From NCBI GenBank assembly GCA_020536535.1, contig JAHLWZ010000976.1, positions 1 to 34,714 on the forward strand: a stretch of 34,714 bases of DNA, read 5' to 3'. Positions 9,799-21,282 of this stretch are shown here, one piece after another (position 1 is the stretch's first letter; each line of letters opens with the position of its first letter). The position numbers and the translations under genes are program-made. The notes under the pieces are model-generated. The model was not told the origin of the DNA. It saw only the letters and a list, made by a program, of their open reading frames with translations, and did no database searches. Origin of the DNA: Pelomyxa schiedti (Eukaryota; Protista; Evosea).

Positions 9799-12787
9799 CT
9801 ACACTCCTGAAAGAGGCTCCAACCTTCCCATGGTGACATAGGTTACACTGAGCTGCGATTCACCAATGCCCTGCAAGTACAGGTTGTCAAACACATGGCG
9901 CCGGTACGACCCCACGTTCTCGCTGGCCATCTCTGACAGCTGGGTCCGCACTTTGCTGTGCGCAAAGTGGGAGTTTGCCGCGTGGGTTGCCATGTCGCTC
10001 GTGATTGTGCACAGCACTCGGTCTTGTGGCTGCTGAGGGTCTAGTTGTGTCCGGCCGAGGTCCCGTACTCGCTCGTCCTTGCCCGCACTTTGGCACCGGG
10101 ACGCGAGGTTCACCTGAATTGTGGGTTGTGGGGTTTGGTTTTAGTTGTTGGGATTCGGAGAGTGTCAGAGGGGGGTGGGGAAAAACCATGGCGCCAACGA
10201 CGTCGGGGTTGATGAGCGAATGCGTTTTGAGAAGGCCGTGCAAGGCCGGACCGGTGCTGATGCCGATTCGAAGTGTCAAATTCCAGTTGGGAGCTTCGTA
10301 TTGTATCATCTCCTTGATGCGATTATTCAGGTCGAGGGCACTTTCAGCAATTTTTAATGCTGCGGAGTATGCCAGTATAGGATATCTCCGGGTCTTGGTA
10401 TTTTCTTCCACCTGAACAGTAGTTATTAGTGACATGGTTCAACCATGGAAGGCGAAGCTCTTACTTCAAGTTTGAAGCCCCAAGTTATGAAAATTCCGTC
10501 TCCCAACCTTTTCACCAGCAAGTTGTGCTCCCGAGCAAGTGCAGCACTTTCTACTGCATCGTAGAATATCTCTAAAACAGAGGCAGCGGTATCAGGGGAC
10601 ACAGCTTCGCAGAGTGGGGTAAAACCTGGGGATAGGAGTAATTGCAGTTTATCCAAGGGGAAATTGTTACCTTCAATATCACAGAATAAATAGGAACCTA
10701 AACGTCTCGAAAGTTTGGACTCCAAAACTGTTATGTCTGACACTCCCCGATGACAGACAAGCTTTGCCACAACTGGGACAAATGCGCAAACGATTTTAAC
10801 TTTGCCTTCCAACCAATCAAGCTTGTCCAGAATTATAGAAATCTCTGAGAGAGATCCAAAGAAAGATGAACCCCATGTGCCCGTTTTCACTGCCTCTGGC
10901 TTCCACCCATCATCAATTTCCCCTTCATCGGCAGTATTCTGTGGGTCCTCTGATTGATTATATGAATCTGGATATATTTTGTTGTGCCTGACGAGTGGGC
11001 CATGAATTACACTTGGTCCATCAGCAGCACTTAGAAGGCTATTGTGCACAATTCCTCTTATCCTCGACATTACTTGCAATTGGCCAAGTAGTGTCAGCAA
11101 TGAGACACTGCCTGCCACAAGACCCGCCACTGCAGTACATATAATAATCCATTTCGTTACGTCAGTTTTGGCACTTTCGTAGGCCTGTTCAAAGTAGTTC
11201 AAATCTTTGATTCTAGGTAAGTGAAGCACTGAATTCAATTAGGGCAACTAGGATTTACCTGCAATGACCACAGCCACTGCTTGAAACCCTTTGTCTGTCG
11301 TTATATTGGCAAATCCATAAGAAACAGACCCCTCGGTAATCACAACAGGGCTAGTTCCCAGTCGGCTTGCTGCCAGTAATTCCTGTAGTACAAATCCTGA
11401 TCTCCTCACAGTTCCCACGCTGGAGTTAAACGTACAAACACGATACACCTCGGACGTTGTGATAACAATAGACGAGTTTTCACAGCTACTGGCGAGTAGG
11501 CAATGACTCTCATCTTGAACAAACAGGCATAACATTCCATTCGTTTCCAGATTCTTGAAGAGACCTTCAAAAACTCTCTCAGTAAGCAAAACAGAAAAGC
11601 CTGCGAGGAGACTTTCAGGATAAGTCGTGCCGGTTTTCACTTCATCAGATGCAGAGTGATTAACAATCCCAGTGATGAGGTTGGATGCCATAATTGGTGA
11701 GTTTTTGTACAAAGCAAAAGGAGTCCATACAGATTTATTTGTGTTGGTGATTTTACTCAAAACGTCGGTTGAAAGGCCCCCAAACATGGGGTAAGGCTCA
11801 ATCAACGAGCCCACAGGGATTGAAACAGACCAATATGGAATAAAGTTCTCCACATTGTATAGATATATGCTCTTTGATATATTGCTTTGAGGAGGGAATC
11901 CTTTTTGAAATCCCACAATAGGCCCAAACCAAGAATCCTCGAAAAGAAAAAAAGCACCATCCAGTGTGAATATACAAATTGTAGCTGCGCATCCGCCGTG
12001 CACTGTGAAAATTTGTGTAACATGCTCGAATGCCACGTTGAATGCAAAATCCAGATCAAACTTGAAGCTGGAATTTTCGGCTGCCGCTCTTCTCATGGCG
12101 GCATTCGCGTAGTCCGCATGAGAATGCAGTTGCCTTTCACATGATTCCAAACTGGAAGTGGCCTGCATCCTAACCAAATCCGCCCTCCTGCTCATAGACT
12201 CTACCAGATAACTAGAAGGAGAAGGAAGAGAAGAAGAAGAAGAAAAAAAGAAGTCATCCACCCGTGCAAAGTAGAGTAGGGAAGTAGAATAGGCAGGAAT
12301 CACAGGAAAACGTATACCTCTGCTGAAGTGTAATCAAGCCCTGGGACACCGAACCTCTCCAAACGACCATCACGGGAACCACGACGGCGCACATTGCCAG
12401 CAGCAGTACAATGAAAGATATCGACCACACGGTGTTCCTGGCGCACAGCGCCGCGCGCCCCGCGCAGTGCCTCGTGCCCACGCCCCCGGCTCCCTGCTGG
12501 TACTCCCTCGGCGTCTGTATCCACTCGCTGATCTGCGACTGTGCCGAGTTGGGCCTCGAGGCCGTTCTCGACCGTGATCTCGACTTGTTGTTGTTGTTGC
12601 CGTTGCCGTTGCCGGGCCTGCCTCGGCTGGTGCTGAGGTTGCTGTGGGGGACGGTGTTGGGTTCTGAGGGGGCACCACCTCCTTCATCGTCGTCTATTAT
12701 GGGTTGTTGTTGTGGTGGTTGGCGTTGGCAGACGAGTACTGTTGGTGCTGTTGGCTGTTGCGTGGGAGTATCAACAACCGACGTCAT
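9799..12787 (-). CDS. Membrane-anchored class III adenylate cyclase (TM - large sensor loop - TM - cyclase)
   Basis: Hydrophobic spans WSISFIVLLLAMCAVVVPVMVVW and WIIICTAVAGLVAGSVSLLTLL; cyclase motifs LFCDIEG(FT), VKRLGDG, LRIGISTG, PDVVG, VNLASR. Confidence 0.85.
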
Positions 12788-12959
12788 CACCTTTTTCGTG
12801 CGAATCAAAGGTGACTTTTCGGTAACGGAACGTTCGCTCTTTGTGTGGATGTGGGCGTTGTGTTGTTGATTCTTCGCTTCCTTTGTTGTTTTGTTGAGGT
12901 ACGATAACGGAAGTACAGGGGGTGCGGAATCGGTTTCAAAAAGTTGTTATTTATTTACG

Positions 12960-15262
12960 TCACGCGAAGCCGTACAAGGAAAGTTGCCCTGTGGTTAGTT
13001 GAGTTGGTTAGGTGCGAGAAAGGAAGAATGGCAACACACAATACACCAAGGTTCCGATGTTGGAAGCCACTGCATCAACGACTGAGAGTGTCCAGGCTCC
13101 GAGACTGGGCTCGCCCCAGTTCCTGCATCTAATTATCTGTGAGCACAATATTTTACTTGCTGTGGAATGCATACGATGTGTAAGTCCAGGAGATTTTGTT
13201 GTTGTTATCGTTATGAAGTTCCGAGAGGGTAGAAGAAGTTCCAAAGGGTGAGATTAGAGAAATGATTAGATCACCACGACGACCACCATTGAAATTAAAG
13301 TACACTGTAGGGTGTAAGCCGAGCCAAGTGTACAGTATTTAGTATATACCTTCAGCCCATTCCACAGAAAAATTCGCTGGTACTCGTACAACAGATTTAA
13401 TTCCTGTGGTAGTGTTGTCTGGGACCGCTTGAGAGACCATAACAGACCCAGACTTCCACGTGAGCTGAGGGCCAACATTGGTCCAAGTGAGTGCTCGATT
13501 CACAGCTGCTGTGGCATTAACAAGCCCAAATCCAAATCTGTAGATTTTAGAGTGTGTGTTGCAACAGGGTGGGCATACTTGTGGCTATGGTGGAACCCCC
13601 CGCCATTGATCACCCAGTCCGTATCAGCAGGATTCACCATAATGGATGTATGAGCAAAGATATGCTGCATATCTCTCCAGGTGAGTCTGGGGTTTGCCTG
13701 TAAAACGAGGGCAGCGACCCCGGCGATAATTGGTGCTGCAGCACTGGTACCACCAAAAGAACTTGAACAATCCGTAGAAGAACTACAGGAGACGTAAGGA
13801 CAGAAGTGGAGGACTTCTTACCTGCCGTAACTCCCGAGTAAATCTGTTGTGACAATTCCTCCCCGCCCACTGCTAGGTGCCGCTACCATATTGGCAGCGC
13901 ATTTCTCACTGTAATAGGCCTTGAACATAGTCAAATACCAAACAGTGTGATAAAGACGGCACCTGAGCACCAGTGGCGTCCACTGCTGGGACTGAAATGG
14001 TGTATCTGGAGTTTGTGTAGCCATCATAATTACAATTGTCTTTATTTGCCTGCCCATTGCCCGCAGCCCATATATATATGCAACCAAGGCCTGACCTCCC
14101 ATTGGTAATCTGATATGATTTTAAGGAGAGGAAGAGATCGATCACTCAAACTGTATCAGCCATAGCCAGCTGGGTCAGAGTACCAGGGCCTTCCAACGAT
14201 TGGCCACTGTCTGTAGGGCCCCAGCTGGAAGAGTACACAGATATGTCCTGTGGTTTATAGGATAGTGCAGAGGCTTCCATAGAATCAGTGACTGTCCCGT
14301 AGATCAGTCGTAATCCTTGATTTTAGTGGGTCTGCTGTAAACTCTAAATGAACCTTTACCAGCCAGGTAGGCCCGGAAAGCCACTCCAACGCCACACATG
14401 GTATTATTAGCAGCAGCAGCAGTTCCACCAACACATGTACCATGGCTCTCTGAAGTGGCAGGAGTAGGATCAGCATCATTCTATTTTAACATTAGCGCAA
14501 CTCAAATCCAATTTACAAACCCCACAAAAATCCCAAGAGAGATCTGAACGATAATTCCCTGTAAAGTCAGGATGGGACCATTGTAAACCTTTTTTATGGT
14601 ACTGTTATGATGGATCGGAATGGTAGGAATACCGTCATCGACATCGCCTATTACGATATTTGTACCAAGAATATCTCTAGACCAAGCTCCTTGTGCACTA
14701 ATGTGAACTGTTGAAGTTGGTTGGAGGTGCCACTGATTAAATATTAGTTCGAAAGGGGGTATATACAGACTGGGTACCTGTTGACTATAAAGAGGATCAG
14801 TTGGCGTAGTGTAGCGTTTCTCCCTATTGTGAGGCACTTGTTCTTCCATCCACAAAACGATATCTTTGTGTGCAAAATCGGAGTGCGCTTTGGAGTCCAA
14901 AAATTTCCTCAATTTCGAGATTGCACTGTCTTTGTCACCATGCCTTCGTTCCATGGAGAAAACATGGTAACCTTTCAATTGTCCAACTTGCCTTGCCATA
15001 ACTAAGACAGTTCAACACGGAATAAGAAAATACCCCTGGTTGAGTAAACCAGCCAATCTAGCCAGGATCTCAGGGTCAACACCCTCCGCCAAACGAACAG
15101 CCACATACGAGTGGTCATTTACACTCCCTCCACCAAACTGCTTTGTGAAGATCTCCGCACTACAAACCACTACGCACACCAGCAGCACTGCACACCATGT
15201 ATGTTACTTTGTTGGGTTATAAAAGAAAAATGAAACTCACACGACAGTAAAAAGTGCCCCAT
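12960..15262 (-). CDS. Kexin/furin-like proprotein convertase (S8B) with signal peptide, prodomain and P domain
   Basis: Spliced signal MGHFLLSLLLVCVVVCSA; REKR maturation site; catalytic DVDDG, SHGTCVGG, WAAGNG, GTSAAAP; SWGPTD and DNCNYDGY; P domain RRGDLIISLISPFGT...GTLVYWQLSLYGFA-stop. Confidence 0.92.
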
Positions 15263-15449
15263 AGTGAAGCAGGGAACTGCTGTTATCGGCGAACGTAACG
15301 TTCGATGTTTCGTTTCTTTGTTTTTATTTCGTCAGCGCAGTGACAGCAGTCCCCTGCGCAAAAAAATCCCAGATGTTTATTGGCCCGTTTGTGATTCTTT
15401 TCGAAAAATTGATGAGATAGAGGTCGATGGACACGGCACATTGGGGTGC

Positions 15450-17186
15450 ATGCGGCAAGGGATTGCCCAATCCAAGTACGACAATCTCGCTGCGGAATTG
15501 ACTGCAACAATAACTTGGTCTAACGTAGGTACTCGATCGTGTTTTGTGAACAGTGTTCTGCAACTGTTGCGACCCCTGTTGAAACTGGGCGTCGCTCCAC
15601 CTCCGTTGAATTCCTACGTTGAGTCCTTGTGCAATCTGTACGACAATGGCGACCAAATGTTCGTTCACAAAATGCGAGTGGCTTTGTCATCACCATTGGA
15701 ATTTGACGACGCCACGGTTCAATAGGCAACTGCTCCTTCACGAATTTAACGAGATAGGGCAGGTTTTCACTACTGATGTTCTAACCCAGCTGGGTACCGA
15801 GAATCCTTTATTGTTGGATCCGTTTTGGATTAGAGATGTATCCTTCAATTGGACTTGCCCCAACGTTGGTTCAGCACTTTTTTTTCTTTCCCTCCTAATA
15901 TCTACAGTGTGGACACCCTCAGATACGGTCATTTCCCTCGGATAATCGCCTGCTCTTGATGCTATCAGCAGCTATGGCAATTGAAGATTCATTGAGGGCT
16001 TCCTATGGAAGAATGATATGTTCTGAATGCCAACAGGTTCTAAACAAGCTCCTTGAAACTCTAAATTAGCGCAAGGAAGTTGATCGAGATGTACAAATAC
16101 ATGCATCTTCAAGCGATGTTTTGTTATTGTATAACCAGGCTGGCTTGAGAGACGGTGCAGACAAGATTTTAGAAGTTTTTGGGTATGTGAATACTGCTTA
16201 TTCTCTCATTCTGATGCAATCAAGATATAAATATCGACTTGTCGGTGCCATAGCAAATTCTGGCAATCATAATCTCACACTATCACTGCGGAATAATGTG
16301 CGTGCCCTCCTTATTCTCCAACATTTATATGCGTCAGGTATGGCTAGAATACGATGACGAAAATGTACACTGCGTTCCTAGATTCGATACCTGGCGTTGC
16401 AGACCCTGTCTACAGCTAATGGCATACCAAAGATTTGGTATCACTACTAAATCCCCTGTAAGACTAAATCTTTCTTCCAGAAGAATCATCCGATTTTTGC
16501 CCGGGAAACCATTTCGGGCCCTTCATTTTGACTCTTTTCTGCTGGAGACATTCTGCAAGCAATTGCTCAGTGGCTGGATCATTTACTGCTTGGGCCAAAG
16601 GCCCCCCGATGGAAGCAAGAGGTGATTCGTTCTACTTTAGGTATCTTTGTTTGTCCTTTTGATTTAGTAACATTGTAAGCATATTACTTGCTCCGGGGGT
16701 GTACGAATATAAATTTCTCCTTGGGGAGGAAGACAGATGGACTACTGATTTTGACCAGCCCCACCTTGACAATTCCAATAACTTTGTCTGTGTCACCTAT
16801 CCCACCTCAGGTTTTCCAATTACTCGAAGTACACCCCTAAAAAATGTTAGGGGAGAACGCACTGAGCAAGTGGGGATTCTGGGTGTCCATTGGTGTCTGT
16901 GCCGACTATCCTCTGGCTAAAAATGTTCGGATAGCAGGAGACTTCACCCTATGGGAGCTTGTTCCTTGTGTACTAAATCCATACAAAGGGGTCTGGGAGT
17001 GCAGGTGCGTGTTTACTTCTCTTAATTCCTAACTAACACAACACAAGACTTGTCTTACCTCCTGGATTGTATCTCTGGAAGCTTCAGCTTGAGGCTCACA
17101 ACGGTACCACTACATGGGTTTGCTCTTCCTATTGGCCGCGTAAGCTAAGTTCTGACGGCTATGAAAACAACTATTTTGACGTGTAA
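15450..17186 (+). CDS. USP-like (C19) cysteine peptidase fused to two C-terminal CBM48/AMPK-beta-type glycogen-binding modules
   Basis: Cys box SNVGTRSCFVNSVLQLL; His box YRLVGAIANSGNH and WLEYDDENV; CBM1 VAGSFTAW..PM..LAPGVYEYKFLL..W..D..P..NN; CBM2 VRIAGDFTLW..LPPGLYLWKL..ENNYFDV. Start uncertain. Confidence 0.7.
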
Positions 17187-17316
17187 AAATACAAGGACTT
17201 AAGAGAAGAAAAAGAAGACAACAATTGTGTTAGAATTAATCAAGGAAAGTTACTAAAGATTATTGAGTACACTCGGTCCTGGGAAGCGCCTCTTTATACA
17301 ATCCCAGCTGTGTGTG

Positions 17317-18839
17317 TCAGTGCCCGGTGTGTTCTGCAAGCTGCAGAAAATCTCTTACTTCCGGTAGTCGTAATAGAGTGCCGTCTGACAGCAACTCTCT
17401 CAGATATACTTCGAGTTGTTCCTTCCGCTCTTTAATGACCGAGGGCGAGTTATTGCCTGCTATCTTTTTGCCTGGCAGGTGCAAACGCTTCATACAATTT
17501 TCGAGATCTTTGCATTTCTTGAGCTGATAAACGTTAGAAATGTGCTTTGGAGAGTGGAGAAAACAGTACCTTGGAATGCAAAGTGTAGAAGTCATTGTAG
17601 CGACGTTGTATCGTCCAGGTTGGCGTTCCGACCTGCAAAGAAACAAGGTACTCAATGTGGTCTTCCACTTTGACGGTGTCAATGATTTTGACCACATGGG
17701 TGGTGTCGAAAGTTGTTCTTAGACCATTCAAGTTGGTGGTTGCTGATGGGCTGCTGGAAAAGTATGACGGCGGCACTGGGTCGGTTTGGGGTGGCGAGGG
17801 TGGTGATGAGGTGGGTGGGGAGGTGCTAGGTGAGTGTGATGGAGAAACGGTTTTTCGCCTTGATGATGGTACAGCCATCGTCAACGGTGCAGCAATTGGA
17901 GGTGACCCCCGAGGGCTGCCCTTTGCTGGCGGCATTGTTTGATTTGAGTGCACTGAGCTTTTGGTGGGGATGTATACGGGCTTTGGTGACAGTGGTGGTG
18001 AAGCAGAGCTGTCTCTTGTGGGGAGAGCTTCTGCAAGAGTACTGGGGGGATGTTGTTGTTCAGGTTGACTGGATTGGTTATGAAGCATCAGTGAAAGAGT
18101 GAGGGCCGAGCAATGAGATGGATTTTGGGGCGTTGGGGACGTAGAAGGGGTGTTGCGAGGAGAAAGAGGAGAGTGTGGGTATAAGGTGGGATAATGTTGA
18201 CTTAAAGAATAATCTGTGATAATACGGGGTAAGTGCACACTACTAACAACAAAACAAGGTGGGAGACAAACCCGAAGGAGAAGAACCAAGCTCGGGATGC
18301 ACCTGAAGATGTCCAGTAAACAACCAAACGAAAATAAAAAAAGGGAAAGCTACCCCTGGTATTGAGCTCGCCAGAAGAGCTAGGTCCTCAGTGCCTTCAG
18401 ACCGTCTCAAATAATGGACCTTAGAAGCATTAGTGATTTGAAGCTCTTCCAAAGTGTTGCAAGCTACATTTTGGGGGTCCATTGTTTGTTGATTTTCTAA
18501 GAAACTGTCGGCTTGAGCAACACCACCACAGAAATCAATAGCATCATTGAGGACAGACTCGGAAAATTGTGGAAATTTGTTGAGCAAAAATTGAATGTCC
18601 CTATGAATGGCTATCACCAAAACAACAACCACGAAAGACCAACATACAATTGAGTGCACGCAGCAGTTGGTGCTACAGGTGTGGGGTTAAAGATTTGGAA
18701 TATTTACAAATAATACTTGACAGTAAAAAAAACGATACGAGGAAAAAGCAAGTGTTGGCACATTGACATCTTGGCACGTTGACAACAGCGACATACTACT
18801 CGGAACGATTCGGTTGAGGTACGTTGCCGGACTTGTCAT
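17317..18839 (-). CDS. PX-domain protein with N-terminal CUE-like motif and Ser/Pro-rich linker
   Basis: PX: HIEYLVSL..WTIQRRYNDFYTLHSK|L..LPGKK..IKERKEQLEVYLRELL..VRDFL. CUE-like: LLNKFPQFSESVLNDAIDFCGGVAQADSFL. Confidence 0.8.
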
Positions 18840-19124
18840 TTTTGTTTTGTCTTTCGCAAAAGAAAAATCCCTTTCATTTTGGTAACAATAATTTGTATCA
18901 AGCAATTAAGTTTTATCCTCAGATCTGCCCCAACTGTTCATCTGGAAGGCAGATCCCTCTCCTTCATTGTGACTCTGCTATCGATGCATCGGATAGAGCC
19001 TGTTCATGTGTTTGTCGTTGGCTCAAGTTCTTCTTTTCCATCAGAGGGAGGCTATTTTCTATTCTAACATCAAAAGTGTTGGCGACACTGGGCTGAATTT
19101 GGTCGGGAGGTGGTGACTTTGGCA

Positions 19125-21203
19125 ATGTCTCGAATTTGTTATTTTTACGACCCCTTGATTGGGAACTTCTACTATGGCCAGAGGTTTCCTTTTTTCCTTC
19201 TCTTATTCTCCCAGTGACCTTTCTGTTAGGCACCCAATGAAACCGTACAGACTCTCAGTTACCCACAGGTAAATGCCACTTTTATTTTAAGGAAAAAAAA
19301 ATGAAAAAAGGCTTGACTACTGTGTAGTATGATATTATCGTATGGACTCCACAACAAGATGCAAGTTTATCGCCCACACCATGCAACTACGCAAGAACTT
19401 ATGCAGTTCCACACTCCAGAATTTATTCAATATCTCTACGGGTATGGCGGGAAAATGAACAAATGAACCCTTGATTGTGATGCTAGGTTGGATGCAGCCG
19501 CCTCAAATTCTCGAGCACCTCCCGTTTCTCAGTTAGATAAATAGAAGGGGGAGTACAGTGGTCCCATTTAACCTTCCAGCTTTAGTTTCATAACATCTGG
19601 GGGAGACTGTCCAGTTTTTTCTGGAATGACAGATTTCATCGAACTCTATGCTGGTGCTTCCATTGATGCTGGTTTGTTGCCGAATTCTTACGGTTCTCTT
19701 ACAAATGATAGCCAGGAAGTTGAATCAAGGTGTATGTGATGTAGCTATAAATTGGTCTGGTGGATTGCATCATGCCCGTAGACAAGAAGCATCTGGGGTT
19801 TCCCTTTGAGAGACTGAGATGAAATAAGTTAACGTATTGCAGTTCTGTTATGTGAATGACATCGTACTCGCCATTATCGAACTTCTTAAGTGCCACCCAA
19901 GAGTGTTGTACATTGATATAGATATTCATCATGGTGATGGCGTTCAAGAGGTACGCTTAAGCCACACAATTACTTATATTGACTCACTCCCTCTTTAAAG
20001 GCTTTTTACCTTTCAGACAGAGTGATGTGCCTCAGTTTCCACAAATTCGGTATTTTCTTTTATTTTTTCAACAACGCGTCTAATGTATTATGAAACAGGA
20101 AATGGATTTTTCCCAGGTTACATTGTCAGAGCCACCTCATTCTGACGCTTTTCATAGGCACTGGAGATATTGATGAGATAGGACTTGGAGCTGGAAAATA
20201 TACAACAATCAACGTACCTCTTCGGAACGGCATTGACGACACAAATTATCTTGGCTTATTTAAACCAATATTGTCGGAAGCAGTAAGTATATATAGGTAC
20301 AAAAACCCATGTTCAAACTTGAGTTCACTCTGTCCAACAAAGACCCACAGCAATCGTACTCCAATGCGGAGCCGATTCACTCAACATGGACAGACTTGGA
20401 GTTTTTAACCTAACTCACAAGGTAAAGTTCACTGGTCGATTGTTTGAACTTAAGCTGATGTCAACAGGGCCACGGCGATTGTGTCTCTTATGTTCAAAGC
20501 TTTAATATTCCCCTGCTTGTCTTGGGTGGGGGAGGGTACACTGTTCGGAATGTAGCGCGTGCATGGACTTATGAAACTGCACTTCTCACTCATACCACAT
20601 TGCAGAACCAAATTCCCCATAACGACTATATCGAATACTTTGGGCCGGATTACCAAGTTTCTCCGAATAACAGTTTTTACATCCAACATTGTCCAATAGT
20701 TAGTGCCTAATGCCTCTCGTTGTGCCTTTGGTAATGAGAATACCAAGGCCTACCTCTCCATGCTTCTGCGTACTATCTCCAATAATCTAAGAATGCTTAA
20801 GGGTGAGTATATGTTTCTGACTATCCTACATATTAACAACATTCAGGGGCACCCAGTGTTCAAATGCGACAACCCCCTCCCTACGTGATTACAAATCCTG
20901 ACCCCGTCCTGTTGTGCACCCACAAGGAGCACCACAGGCAAAGGTTACAACATGGTGCAAACGGGTGTCTTGGATTTGTGGGACATGGTCGAACAGAAGA
21001 AACACACGTGGATAGACCACCTGACAGTGACCACGAGCCTGATGTTGAAGAGAATTCATGTGATGCTAGACCCACCGGTTCCTTCTCCTTTCTCCTTGCC
21101 AATAAAATAACACATTAAAGGTAAGAATGGAGCAGAAAACTTCCCAGTTCATGATGCCGAATTTTACGACAATGACGCCGACCAAGATCACGGCTCACCT
21201 TAA
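19125..21203 (+). CDS. HDAC3: Class I histone deacetylase, HDAC3-like, many short introns
   Basis: [94 protein letters not shown]; acidic tail [10 protein letters not shown]. Confidence 0.9.
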
Positions 21204-21282
21204 ACCAAGTGTCCACAACAAAATAAAAAAAACTTTTGTGTGCTTTTAGTACAACCCTCTTTGCATGCTATTGAGACGTGTT

